Shown piece after piece: positions 1-8,910 of a stretch of DNA of 64,000 bases. The DNA lies in NCBI GenBank assembly GCA_964542895.1, contig CAZIWT010000001.1, forward strand, positions 30,573 through 94,572, read 5' to 3'. The notes under the pieces are model-generated. The model searched no databases, was not told the DNA's origin, and was given only the letters and a program-made list of their open reading frames with translations. This stretch comes from an uncultured Thermodesulfobacteriota bacterium (GTDB lineage: Bacteria; Desulfobacterota; Zymogenia; Zymogenales; Zymogenaceae). Positions within the stretch are counted from its first letter, which is position 1. Every line of letters begins with the position of its first letter. The translations under genes were made by a program, and so were the position numbers.

Positions 1-339
1 GACGGATATCTCTATATCGATATCTTCCACCTCGTCCGGGGCAACCCTGCTGAAGCGAAAATCGCTTATCGAGGCGGCCCTCGCCATTGTCTCCACCGTC
101 TCGTAAAGGGGGCCCTCCGCCTCGAACCGCCCTATGCACCCCCTGAGCTTTCCCCCTTTATGGAGTGAGACGAACGCCCCCGCCTCCATCTTGAGATTCT
201 CTTCAGTTATATCGGTTCCCGAAACCCCTTCCGTATCCCTGCTTCTTTTTTTTGATCCGGAGGCGGCCTTCTTGACACTCTCTCTCGCAATCAGAAGGAG
301 CTTCGTCTTATCCTCTTCAGTTAAGTTCATCTCAACCAT
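1..339 (-). CDS. AMMECR1-domain protein, 3'-truncated at window start (N-terminal 113 aa present)
   Basis: My own minus-strand translation from the ATG at 337-339 gives MVEMNLTEEDK...GAFVSLHKGGKLRGCIGRFEAEGPLYETVETMARAASISDFRF. This carries the AMMECR1 signature (GAFV(T/S)L...LRGCIG). An AGGAGAGG RBS precedes the ATG. There is no stop before the window edge, so the gene is not in the supplied ORF track. Confidence 0.65.
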   Translation of the reverse strand, partial: MVEMNLTEEDKTKLLLIARESVKKAASGSKKRSRDTEGVSGTDITEENLKMEAGAFVSLHKGGKLRGCIGRFEAEGPLYETVETMARAASISDFRFSRVAPDEVEDIDIEISV

Positions 340-398
340 ATAGACCTCTCCTCTTTACAAACTGCCTTGTTAAATTACCCCTCGCTCCCACCCCTCGA

Positions 399-635
399 CT
401 ACAGCGGATCGATACCGTCCGGTCTTTCAACCGCCACTATCCCCAGCTCATCCGAAAGCTCGTCTATAACCGCATCCACCACTCCCTCAAAACCGGGTGC
501 TATCATAATCTCCAGGATCATCTCTTCCCTATCCACGGTCCTTACTGCCGCCGCCCCCTCATAAGACTCGATGATATACTTCAATAAGGCGATCCCGTCC
601 TTTCGTATTTTATAATATTTTTCTGTCGTCTCCAA
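399..635 (-). CDS. small hypothetical protein (78 aa; TTG start per ORF track)
   Basis: Non-low-complexity ORF (METTEKYYKIRKDGIALLKYIIESYEGAAAV...). It sits between the AMMECR1 gene and the polysaccharide operon on the same strand. No family recognised. Confidence 0.35.
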   Translation of the reverse strand: METTEKYYKIRKDGIALLKYIIESYEGAAAVRTVDREEMILEIMIAPGFEGVVDAVIDELSDELGIVAVERPDGIDPL

Positions 636-676
636 TCTCTTTTGAGCTTCCCCTTTCGGATCACGTCCCTATCGGT

Positions 677-1837
677 CTATCTCCTGTCCTCCTTTCTCCT
701 GTTTCGCTTCTTCGAGCCGACCTCGAGGATCGTGATGAGGAGAAAGATCAAAAGGGTCTGAATCACGAGGACCAGCGCAACGATGAAATCGGCGTTTCTC
801 AAGGCGATGGTCGCCAGCCCGAAAACGGTGTTTATCGAAATGATAAAGACAACGGCGAGCTTCCTGTCCCCTATCTGGGCCGCGATCCTGTGGTGGATAT
901 GATCCCTCCCCACAAAGGAGAGGAGCTCCTTGAAGCTCTTTACCTGCTTCTTTGCAATCCGGGCGACATTCGTATAGATTATGTCGTATATTAGGACGCC
1001 GAAGATAATAAGGGGCGTGGAAAACGAGACGAGGGGATCGTTTTCAGACCACTCCCCCAGGACGGCCAGAGACGCCAGCACGAACCCCAGAAAGGAGCTT
1101 CCGGCGTCGCCCAAGAATATCCTCGCATTCTTTTTAGGGACAAAGTTGAAGGGGATAAAACCGAGCACACCGCCCAAAAGTGCGATCGAGAGCCATCCCA
1201 GGTCCGGCTGATCCGTCTGAAAGGCTATTATCCCCAAAAAGGACGTTATCACGACCGTAATTCCGCCGCAGAGCCCGTCCATGCCGTCGATGAAGTTCAT
1301 GGCGTTTGTTATCCCCACAATCCAGAAAAAGGTGAGGGCGAGATCCAACACGTGTCCTATGGGAGTCGGTGGAAAGAGCTTCAAGACCACCCCCGCCGAG
1401 ACAACCACCCCGAAGGCCGCCGCCTGCGCCAGGAGCCTGATCCACTCCTTGACCCCGAAGATATCCTCCATGATTCCTACGACAAAGATTATCAATGACG
1501 CCACCATAACCGAGAAGAGCGCCGGGCTTATGACGCCGTTTATAGCGAGGGAGACAATAAATGCAACCACAACGGGGACCCCTCCCAGAATCGGAGTTGC
1601 GTTATCGTGATCCTTTCTACCCTCCGGCACATCCATATAGTTTCGGCTCTTCGAGATTCTGATCGCGACCGGCATAAGAACGTATGAGGTCGACCCGGAA
1701 AAGAGCAGTATCCATATCCACCGCTCACCTACATCGACAAAAAACCTTAAAACCGGCGGAAGGATGAGAACAATAAAAGCCGCGAGGGATATATACCAAA
1801 AAATACCTATATCCCTATCTTTGTTTCCTGAGGTCAT
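677..1837 (-). CDS. polyprenyl-phosphate N-acetylhexosamine-1-phosphate transferase (GT4 family, WecA/MraY/WbpL-like); initiating transferase of the glycan locus
   Basis: Multi-TM 386-aa protein with the MraY/WecA motif NAMNFIDGMDGL and an Asp-rich cytoplasmic loop. Last gene of the minus-strand operon. Confidence 0.85.
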   Translation of the reverse strand: MTSGNKDRDIGIFWYISLAAFIVLILPPVLRFFVDVGERWIWILLFSGSTSYVLMPVAIRISKSRNYMDVPEGRKDHDNATPILGGVPVVVAFIVSLAINGVISPALFSVMVASLIIFVVGIMEDIFGVKEWIRLLAQAAAFGVVVSAGVVLKLFPPTPIGHVLDLALTFFWIVGITNAMNFIDGMDGLCGGITVVITSFLGIIAFQTDQPDLGWLSIALLGGVLGFIPFNFVPKKNARIFLGDAGSSFLGFVLASLAVLGEWSENDPLVSFSTPLIIFGVLIYDIIYTNVARIAKKQVKSFKELLSFVGRDHIHHRIAAQIGDRKLAVVFIISINTVFGLATIALRNADFIVALVLVIQTLLIFLLITILEVGSKKRNRRKEDRR

Positions 1838-1884
1838 ATATGCTTCACCATATATTATTTATAATATTTCAGCTCCTCTTTTAA

Positions 1885-3021
1885 TCATTTTAATCCGGCC
1901 GTAACATCTATCACGGCCGCCGCCACCCTCTCCACCTCACCGTCCGTCAGCGTCGGGTAGATGGGAATCGAGACGTCCTCCCCAAACGCCCTCTTCGTCC
2001 CCGGGAGCTCCCCGTCCCCTGTATATTGCCCCGTATATTGATATAGGGGCTTGAAGACGGGCCTCCTGGCGGCTATCCCCCTCTTCTCCAGCTTCTTGAT
2101 GACCACCTCGACCGCCCCCGCCGTCTTTACAATAAAGCGGTAATTGATATCATCCCCCGCCGGGGGCTCTTGGGGCATCGGTATCGAGGCCCTCTCGAAC
2201 TCCTTTCGGTAGTAGGCGGCTATCTCCCTCCTCCTCGATATAAAGGCATCGAGTTTTTCAAGCTGGCTTCTTCCCAGCGCCGCCTGGAACTCGGTCATCG
2301 CGTAGTTAAACCTCGTCCCACTCTCCTCCCTCTCGTCGTATATGATGAGGTCTCGAATCTCGTCCGTTATCTCCCCGTCTCCTGTGCAGACCATCCCCCC
2401 CCGGCCGGTGGTCATTACCTTTGTGGCGTAAAAGGAGAAGACCGAGACGTCGCCTAATGTTCCCAGGGGACGCCCCTTGAATGTGCCCCCCGTCGCCTGG
2501 GCGCAGTCCTCGACAACGGGAAGCCCCAGGGATTTAATCTCGTCCACAGGTGCCGACCTCCCGAAGGGGTGGACGGCGATAATAAACGTCCTCCCCCCCT
2601 TTTCCCCCCTCCCCCCCTTGATAGACTTAAGGGCATCGGCGAATTCTTTTTCGCCGGAAACCCCCGTGTCCGGGTCGACGTCGGCGAGTACCGGCAAAGC
2701 GTCCACGTATCTGACGGCGTTCAAAGGGGCCGCGCACAGATAAGCCGGTAGTATTACCCTGTCGTTTACCCCGACCCCCAGCGCAACAAGCGCCAGGTGG
2801 ATTGCCGCCGTTCCGGAATCGACCGAGACGGCGCCACCGGAGCGTATCCCCATCCTCTTTTCAAAGGCCCTCTCGAAGGCGGCCCTCTCATCCCCCACGG
2901 TCAACATCCCTGACCTGATCACCTCGGCCGCCCTTGAGGCATCTTGTTCGTCGATGGACGGGCGGGAGTGGGCAATGACCCCTTCTTTCTTTTTGCCCCC
3001 TTTTTCCGATTGAACGATCAT
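1885..3021 (-). CDS. DegT/DnrJ/EryC1/StrS-family PLP-dependent sugar aminotransferase
   Basis: 378 aa with the ...VFSFYATKVMTTGRGG... lysine region (SxxxxK PLP site) and DegT-like N-terminal fold motifs. Confidence 0.85.
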   Translation of the reverse strand: MIVQSEKGGKKKEGVIAHSRPSIDEQDASRAAEVIRSGMLTVGDERAAFERAFEKRMGIRSGGAVSVDSGTAAIHLALVALGVGVNDRVILPAYLCAAPLNAVRYVDALPVLADVDPDTGVSGEKEFADALKSIKGGRGEKGGRTFIIAVHPFGRSAPVDEIKSLGLPVVEDCAQATGGTFKGRPLGTLGDVSVFSFYATKVMTTGRGGMVCTGDGEITDEIRDLIIYDEREESGTRFNYAMTEFQAALGRSQLEKLDAFISRRREIAAYYRKEFERASIPMPQEPPAGDDINYRFIVKTAGAVEVVIKKLEKRGIAARRPVFKPLYQYTGQYTGDGELPGTKRAFGEDVSIPIYPTLTDGEVERVAAAVIDVTAGLK

Positions 3022-3034
3022 ACCGATGTTAAAT

Positions 3035-3655
3035 TTAGACGTTAATGGCCAGCCGCTGGGGCATGAAGGCCTCGGCGTATTTCATCTTCGCCTGTATCCC
3101 GCGAAAATTCGCCAGGGAGCGGGCGATCTCCACAATCGAGATCCCCTCCACGTTGGTCTTCATTATCTGGGACTTGTGGGCCATGAGCGCCTGCACCTTT
3201 ATGTCCATAAATTTTTCAATGTCCACGAAGACGGTCGGCGAGAAATTCTGAGTCGTGGGAACCTCATAATAGAGGACGTTCCTTATGTGCCTCGCGGAGG
3301 AATTCAACGCCAGGGCGAGCTCCCTGTGATCCTGATGGGTGTCCTCATGGTAGTTTACCAGTATCATATTCGGATCGACCTCCAAGATGACGTCCTCCAC
3401 CGCCCTTATCAGGTCCTTCTGCGATGGAAGGGCGGTGTCCTCGAATTCCCCCCAGAAGATCTTCTTGGCCAATACGGTCCGCTGGGCCTCCTTCTGCTCC
3501 TTCGCCCTCACCTTTCCTACGCCGCCCCTCTCCCCCTTCGTCAATATCATATAATATATAACCTGGCCCTTCCTCGCGTACTTCGCGAGGGTTCCGGCAC
3601 ACCCGAACTCAATGTCATCCGGATGCGCCCCCAGCGCCAGTATGTTCATGTTCAT
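3035..3655 (-). CDS. PIG-L/LmbE-family N-acetylglucosaminyl deacetylase
   Basis: N-terminal LALGAHPDDIEFGCAGTL motif (AHPDD zinc-binding signature) and the conserved HxDH region (HEDTHQDH). 206 aa. Confidence 0.85.
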   Translation of the reverse strand: MNMNILALGAHPDDIEFGCAGTLAKYARKGQVIYYMILTKGERGGVGKVRAKEQKEAQRTVLAKKIFWGEFEDTALPSQKDLIRAVEDVILEVDPNMILVNYHEDTHQDHRELALALNSSARHIRNVLYYEVPTTQNFSPTVFVDIEKFMDIKVQALMAHKSQIMKTNVEGISIVEIARSLANFRGIQAKMKYAEAFMPQRLAINV

Positions 3656-4335
3656 ATATTCCCCCGAATGTAATCAAGGCTCGATCCGCCCACGTTGAAC
3701 AGAAGGTCTACAACAGAAAGATACGGCACAAACTCCCCGAAGAGCTGGGGATATACAGGATGCTTGAAATCCTGAAAGACGACCTCTATTCCGGAGTCGG
3801 CGTAAACCGAGGTGTCCATATACTCCCTCCCCCCGGCACCTGCGAGGTATGTGTCCCCGCCGAGCTCCTTGACAATCCCAACGAGGCGCCCGTCCCTGTC
3901 TTCCAAAAAATCCCCCAGCTCCGAAGCTGTATAGAAGATAGTTTCGATCTTGAGGATCGAGGCGATAAGCCTCACCGTCTCCATGTTCAGGGACGACAGC
4001 CCCTCCCACGGTCTCGAGAGGAGCTCTTCGAAGGCCCCAAAATATTCGCCGAAAAATGGGGCCTTTCCGTAGCAGGAGGTCACGGCCGTGATATGCTTTT
4101 TCCGCCATTTGTCGGTGTTGTTGATCGCAACCTCGTTTATTCTCTGCCCGTGTCTTTGAAGGACCGGCACGGTAAGCCATTGGCCGCCGTTCGTCCCCTT
4201 TATCCTGTTCCTGTTTTGAAACTCGTTCTTCTTGAACTGCACCGTGTCGAGGAAGACAAAGGCGTCTGCCCTTTCTATCTTGTCGAAGTACCCGAGCCAG
4301 GGCAGATATTGCGGCTGGTGAATGGCGATTATCAT
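3652..4335 (-). CDS. WbqC-like family protein (polysaccharide biosynthesis accessory)
   Basis: N-terminus MIIAIHQPQYLPWLGYFDKI is the hallmark of the WbqC-like family. The stop/start overlaps the downstream gene by 4 nt. Confidence 0.75.
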   Translation of the reverse strand: MIIAIHQPQYLPWLGYFDKIERADAFVFLDTVQFKKNEFQNRNRIKGTNGGQWLTVPVLQRHGQRINEVAINNTDKWRKKHITAVTSCYGKAPFFGEYFGAFEELLSRPWEGLSSLNMETVRLIASILKIETIFYTASELGDFLEDRDGRLVGIVKELGGDTYLAGAGGREYMDTSVYADSGIEVVFQDFKHPVYPQLFGEFVPYLSVVDLLFNVGGSSLDYIRGNI

Positions 4336-4407
4336 TCGATCTCTCCGCCGATACCCCTGCCCCTTTCCCTACCTCTGTCATCTCCCGATTTTATCGATCT
4401 CAACGGA

Positions 4408-5592
4408 TTATCCCCCTTCCATCATCTCCCTGTAAAGGGCCTTGGTGTTTTTTACCGCGCTCTTGATGTCGAAGAGCGCCTCCGCCCTGACCCTCCCGGC
4501 CCTTCCCATCTTTTTTGCCATTCCCTTATCCCGAAGTACCTCGACACAACTTTTCGCCAGGTCAGCGGGGTTTGACGGGGAAACGAGTATCCCGGTCACT
4601 CCGTCGTCGACCACCTCGGCTATCCCCCCCACACGAGAGGCCACCACCGGAAGCGAGAGGGCCATCGCCTCCACTATACTCATCCCCAATCCCTCGTTGA
4701 GCGAGGGCATGACCATGAGGTCGCAGGCGGAAAGCAGCCGGGAAACGTCGTCGCGAAAGCCTAGAAACGTAAAATTTCCCCCGACCCCCAGCGCCCCTGC
4801 TTCCTCCATTAACTCCACCTTCAGCGGCCCCTCACCCACCATCAGGAAGCGAACCTTCTTAGGAGCCAGGCCGGAGATGATCTCTTTAGACGCCCTGACA
4901 ACGCTGTCGTAACCTTTTATCGGCACCATCCTCCCCACGCAGACAACCACGAGGTTATCGTCCCCGAATCCGAGATCATTGCGAACTCCCTTTCGGTCCG
5001 CCCCCTTCCCGAAGGCCTCAACGTCGATGCCGTTGTATACCGTCCTGTACTTGCCCTCGGTGCCTATGCCCCTCTCGAGAAACTCGCGCCTCCCCGCATC
5101 GGAGAGGGTCACGATCCTCTCACACCATCCGGCCGCGATCCTCTCCACAAACGTGTAAATTCCGGCCTCCCATCGGGGGAAGTAGCCGGTAAAGATGTTC
5201 CCGTGGGGGGAGTATATGAGCCTGCGGTGGCCGGCAAGCCTCCCCGCCAACCTTCCCAGAAAGCCCGCTTTCGATGTATGCGTATGTATAATATCATACC
5301 TGTTTTTCCTCATTAACGCAACCAGCGAGAGGAGGCTCAGAGCGTCCCTGACCGGGCTTACCTCCCTCGTAAACGTCCTGATCTCGTGAACTTCGATCCC
5401 GAGGTCCCTCCCGCAGCCCAAGAGGTCGCTCCCCGGAGGCCCCGCCGCCGCCGCAAGGGACTGGGTGAACTCCCGACCGTCAATTCCGTCAAGGAGCGAG
5501 AGCAGGGCCCTTGGCGCACCCCCCTCCTCCATCCGCGTGATTACGTGAAGGACCTTTATCCTTCCCCCACCTGCTCCACCTTTCTCCCCCAT
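4408..5592 (-). CDS. glycosyltransferase family 4 (GT-B, group 1)
   Basis: 394 aa. N-terminal KVLHVITRMEEGG and C-terminal ...MVMPSLNEGLGMSIVEAMA...VVASRVGG (E-X7-E type GT4 motif). Confidence 0.85.
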   Translation of the reverse strand: MGEKGGAGGGRIKVLHVITRMEEGGAPRALLSLLDGIDGREFTQSLAAAAGPPGSDLLGCGRDLGIEVHEIRTFTREVSPVRDALSLLSLVALMRKNRYDIIHTHTSKAGFLGRLAGRLAGHRRLIYSPHGNIFTGYFPRWEAGIYTFVERIAAGWCERIVTLSDAGRREFLERGIGTEGKYRTVYNGIDVEAFGKGADRKGVRNDLGFGDDNLVVVCVGRMVPIKGYDSVVRASKEIISGLAPKKVRFLMVGEGPLKVELMEEAGALGVGGNFTFLGFRDDVSRLLSACDLMVMPSLNEGLGMSIVEAMALSLPVVASRVGGIAEVVDDGVTGILVSPSNPADLAKSCVEVLRDKGMAKKMGRAGRVRAEALFDIKSAVKNTKALYREMMEGG

Positions 5593-5636
5593 TTAAGTCT
5601 GTTTCTCCAATCCTGCAAAAAATTAATTTACATCGG

Positions 5637-6797
5637 CTAAAACCGATACAGCTCCGTGCACCGATCGCACACGTCAAACCGTCCCCGCTCCTTTACGCGC
5701 CTCCTGAACCGCCTGTACAGGTAGTCGTTCCATATCTCGGCGAGGGGACGCTCCCTGATATTGCCGATCTTGACCCCCAGGGAAAGGCACGGCCGAACGG
5801 TGCCGTCAGGAAAGATGTAGGCGACCATCCAGGGGCTCTTGCATCTGCCCGAGTAGCTCTTCGGGGAAAAGGTGAAGTTCGTGTAGTAGGCCTCGATCTC
5901 GTCGTCGGTCAGGTTCGGGTAGACCGTCGCCCCCATCGACCTCGCCTCGGCGAGCTTTTCCCTGAGCCGCTTCGTATCTATGTCCGGTAGCCTGTCCAGG
6001 ACAAAGCCCGCCCAGTCGTGACTCTCGCAGCCGAAGTGCTCTCTCATCTCCCTGTTGTGGCTCTTCAGCCTCCCGCCGTCTATGAAGATCAGGTGATGAA
6101 AGGTTACCTCCCTGGCCCCGAGGGAGCGGGCGGTCTTCACGGTCCGAGGGATATCGAGGTAGTTGAAGTCGAAGATCGTGCTGTTTACGTTGAGAACGGG
6201 ACGGGTTGTCTTAAGTCGCCTCTTCTCTTCATCGAGGATCAAAAATCCCTCCTTCGCGTCATCGAAGACCCCCTTCCTCCCCCTCACCATGTCGTGCACA
6301 TCGGGCGGTCCGTCGAGGGAAAAAATGATCTCGTCCAGTTTTGCGCTGACGAGGTCTTTTGCGTATTTTTTAAGGAGCGTCCCGTTCGTGATGATGTTAA
6401 GCCGCATCCCGTTTCCCTTTATCCGCTCGACGACCTCGATAAGCCCCCCGTAGAGGAGCGGCTCCCCGCCGAAGAGGGTGATCGCCGGCGGAAAGGTGTA
6501 GGAGCGCTTGAGATGATCCACAAGCTTACCTACCTCTTTAACGTCAAGCTCCTCCCTCAAGATCTCGGGCGTATAAAACTTCGAGGAGCCGGTCTCCCCC
6601 CACTGGCCGCACATCTTGCAGCGGAGGTTGCATCTGTAGGTCAACAGGAGCGAGACCGTCTCCGGGGGAGCGCTCCTTCCCCTAAAAAGGAAATAGCTGA
6701 AGCCGGAGCGGGACCTCTGGATAAGGGCCTTCAGGGCGTAACCCGGAAATTCCCTCGCCTTTTTTAGCGCCCTTCCGATATTTCTTATAGGAATCAT
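5637..6797 (-). CDS. radical SAM enzyme with C-terminal Twitch/SPASM-type auxiliary cluster domain
   Basis: CNLRCKMCGQ (CX3CX2C) radical-SAM motif near the N-terminus. C-terminal CKSPWMVAYIFPDGTVRPC (CX12GX4C) followed by CDRC at the extreme C-terminus; this matches the Twitch/partial-SPASM cysteine pattern. Confidence 0.85.
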   Translation of the reverse strand: MIPIRNIGRALKKAREFPGYALKALIQRSRSGFSYFLFRGRSAPPETVSLLLTYRCNLRCKMCGQWGETGSSKFYTPEILREELDVKEVGKLVDHLKRSYTFPPAITLFGGEPLLYGGLIEVVERIKGNGMRLNIITNGTLLKKYAKDLVSAKLDEIIFSLDGPPDVHDMVRGRKGVFDDAKEGFLILDEEKRRLKTTRPVLNVNSTIFDFNYLDIPRTVKTARSLGAREVTFHHLIFIDGGRLKSHNREMREHFGCESHDWAGFVLDRLPDIDTKRLREKLAEARSMGATVYPNLTDDEIEAYYTNFTFSPKSYSGRCKSPWMVAYIFPDGTVRPCLSLGVKIGNIRERPLAEIWNDYLYRRFRRRVKERGRFDVCDRCTELYRF

Positions 6798-6991
6798 TTC
6801 ACCTCTTGTTTCTTTTCTTTGAGGTAATCCTCCCGGTCGACATCGTGGGGGTAGTAGTAGTCCGGCTCTCTCACGTTGGAGAGCTTCTCGGCTATAAGGG
6901 GTATCAGGAGCCCTAAAATAACCGCAACGAGAAGGATTGCGAGATAGAACCTCTTTCTCATCTTTGCTTTCTTACCTTTGGATATCAACAT
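6794..6991 (-). CDS. 65-aa membrane-anchored microprotein, Tyr-rich acidic C-terminus (unannotated family)
   Basis: MLISKGKKAKMRKRFYLAILLVAVILGLLIPLIAEKLSNVREPDYYYPHDVDREDYLKEKKQEVK has one predicted TM helix. The start is 5 nt after the upstream DegT stop and the stop overlaps the radical-SAM start by 4 nt, so it is translationally coupled on both sides. Confidence 0.5.
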   Translation of the reverse strand: MLISKGKKAKMRKRFYLAILLVAVILGLLIPLIAEKLSNVREPDYYYPHDVDREDYLKEKKQEVK

Positions 6992-6996
6992 GGCTT

Positions 6997-8184
6997 TTAA
7001 GAAAATATCTTCCTAAAGGTTTCCAATATTGTCTCCAAATCCCGGCCCGTTACTCCCGGATGAACCGGCAGCACCATAAGGCGCTCGGACAGCCTCGTCG
7101 CCTCGGGAAAGGGATCGGTGGTGTCGGGATACCCGAGGTGGTATATTTTGTGAATCGGCCGTTCGTACATGCGGGCGGTGTCTATCCCCCTTTCTAAGAG
7201 GAGCCGGGCGATGTGCTCAATCCTCTCCCCCTCCTCTATCATAACGGGTAGGTGATTGTAGGAGGGGGACGCCCCGTCTATGATTGCGGGAAGAGTTACC
7301 CCCTCGATCTCCTTTAAGGCGTTGTAAAGGGTTTTTCCGTTTTCGATCCTCCTCCCGATCTGATCGCCGATCGCCTCGATCTGGATATTCCCGAGCCTCG
7401 CGGCAAAGGGAGTCGCAAGAGTCGGCTCGAAGTGCTCGTGAACCTCGGTGGACTTGAAGGGCTCGATCAGCCTGAAGAGGGGGCCGTATACCGTTGGACT
7501 GGTGGCGTAGTTCATCAGAAATAGCGCTGCAAAGAGGACGGTGTTGAAAAGAACGCCGGGGGTCGGCATAGACTCGATCTCCCTCTCGATCTCCCGCGCG
7601 ATATCAGGGTCGCTTGCCGTTATGACCCCCCCCCTGAAGGTCGAGATGATCTTCCCCTTGCACATGGAGAAAAACCCAACGCCGCTCCCCCCACCCACCC
7701 TCTTTCCCGACATCTCGGCCCCGGGAGCCTGGGCGCAGTCCTCGATTACGCAAAAACCCTCCCTCCCGGCCCGCCTCAATACTTCCGAGAGATCCATCGG
7801 GAACCCGAACATGTGAACAGGCAGAACGGCAAGGGTGTCGGTCGATGTCGCTTCACCAAGGCGCTTCGTGTCGAGGTTGAAGGTGTTTATATCTATGTCG
7901 GAAAGCCTCGTCGTAAGCCCCGCCCTCTCTATGGCCAACGTCAGTGTGGGGACGGTGTACGCCGGGAGGACGACCTCCCTCCCTCGATGGAGTTTTTTCA
8001 GCGCCTTCAAGATAATGAAGAGGGCGGAGGTCCCCGATCCCACGAGAAAGGCCCGCTTTACCCCGATGTAGTCGGCGAAGGCCTCCTCGAAGGCGGAAAT
8101 ATCTTTTTCCCCTCCAAGAGAGAGCGCCGAGCGGAGTAGCCCCCACTGGCCCGTGTAAAAGGAGTTTGTAGGTACCCTTCTCAT
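6997..8184 (-). CDS. DegT/DnrJ/EryC1/StrS-family PLP-dependent aminotransferase (second copy)
   Basis: 395 aa with ...FFSMCKGKIISTFRGG... lysine region and DegT-type N-terminus. Overlaps the methyltransferase gene by 4 nt. Confidence 0.85.
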   Translation of the reverse strand: MRRVPTNSFYTGQWGLLRSALSLGGEKDISAFEEAFADYIGVKRAFLVGSGTSALFIILKALKKLHRGREVVLPAYTVPTLTLAIERAGLTTRLSDIDINTFNLDTKRLGEATSTDTLAVLPVHMFGFPMDLSEVLRRAGREGFCVIEDCAQAPGAEMSGKRVGGGSGVGFFSMCKGKIISTFRGGVITASDPDIAREIEREIESMPTPGVLFNTVLFAALFLMNYATSPTVYGPLFRLIEPFKSTEVHEHFEPTLATPFAARLGNIQIEAIGDQIGRRIENGKTLYNALKEIEGVTLPAIIDGASPSYNHLPVMIEEGERIEHIARLLLERGIDTARMYERPIHKIYHLGYPDTTDPFPEATRLSERLMVLPVHPGVTGRDLETILETFRKIFS

Positions 8185-8825
8185 TTCTTAATCCTAACCG
8201 CCTCTATCAGGAACGCGCTCGGAATCGGCCAGAACCTGTACCTTATCGGGACTTTCTTCACCACTTCAAATCCGAGCTCCAAAAGCCTCCTTTTGACCCT
8301 CGACATGGAGTAGGCGTTTACGGGGAGTCTTCTGGTCGAGGGATCGATGATCGTGGAAAACCTGTAGGCCGCACGGATCAGCGGGTCCCTGCCGTTTCTT
8401 ATGTCAAAGATGACGCTCCCCCCGGGACGAACAGCGCCGCAGACCGCCCCCAGGAGGTCCGAGGCCTCGTCCCACGAGGGCTGGTTGTGGAGCGTGTTCA
8501 CGGTAATCGCGAGGTTGAAGGTCTTGTCCCTGAAGGGGAGCGTCTCCCCCCTCGCCGCAACGGCCTTCAGCCTCCCGGAGAAAATCGGGCCGTCACCTGA
8601 GGGATTGTCGCCCCTAATCCTCAATCCCGCCTCTATGAGCTTCTGCTTTAGGACATCGACTCCGACCAACGTCCTGACGGTGCCCCCCTCGATCACCGAC
8701 TTTGCCAGAAGCCCCTCCCCCACGCCGACCTCGAGGGCGACGTCGCACGATTTTTTCCGGGCGATCTCTGCCGCGCGCTCCCTTATCCTATCCGATAGGG
8801 GACCACGGGAGATGTCCGTCCCCAC
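8181..8825 (-). CDS. class I SAM-dependent methyltransferase (GTG start)
   Basis: VALEVGVGEGLL motif I (ExGxGxG) and a downstream acidic motif. 214 aa. A GAGGGG RBS precedes the GTG. Confidence 0.8.
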   Translation of the reverse strand: MGTDISRGPLSDRIRERAAEIARKKSCDVALEVGVGEGLLAKSVIEGGTVRTLVGVDVLKQKLIEAGLRIRGDNPSGDGPIFSGRLKAVAARGETLPFRDKTFNLAITVNTLHNQPSWDEASDLLGAVCGAVRPGGSVIFDIRNGRDPLIRAAYRFSTIIDPSTRRLPVNAYSMSRVKRRLLELGFEVVKKVPIRYRFWPIPSAFLIEAVRIKK

Positions 8826-8910
8826 GTCCCCTCGAAGTCTCAGAAATATCTTTGAAATTAGGCTTAAGATATCGGCCCCCTGAAAGCGGACGTCAAATTG
8901 AATCGTATAT

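Noticed and set aside
3674-4381. 235-aa ORF on the same strand as the WbqC-like gene in another frame, Arg/Gly-rich
   Set aside because: Typical alternative-frame artefact of GC-rich coding DNA. The WbqC-like frame has a strong family signature (MIIAIHQPQYLPWLGYFDKI), while this frame is low-complexity.
6018-6767. 249-aa plus-strand ORF opposite the radical-SAM gene
   Set aside because: Antisense shadow ORF with Arg/Pro/Gly-rich composition. The minus-strand radical-SAM frame carries the CX3CX2C and Twitch motifs.
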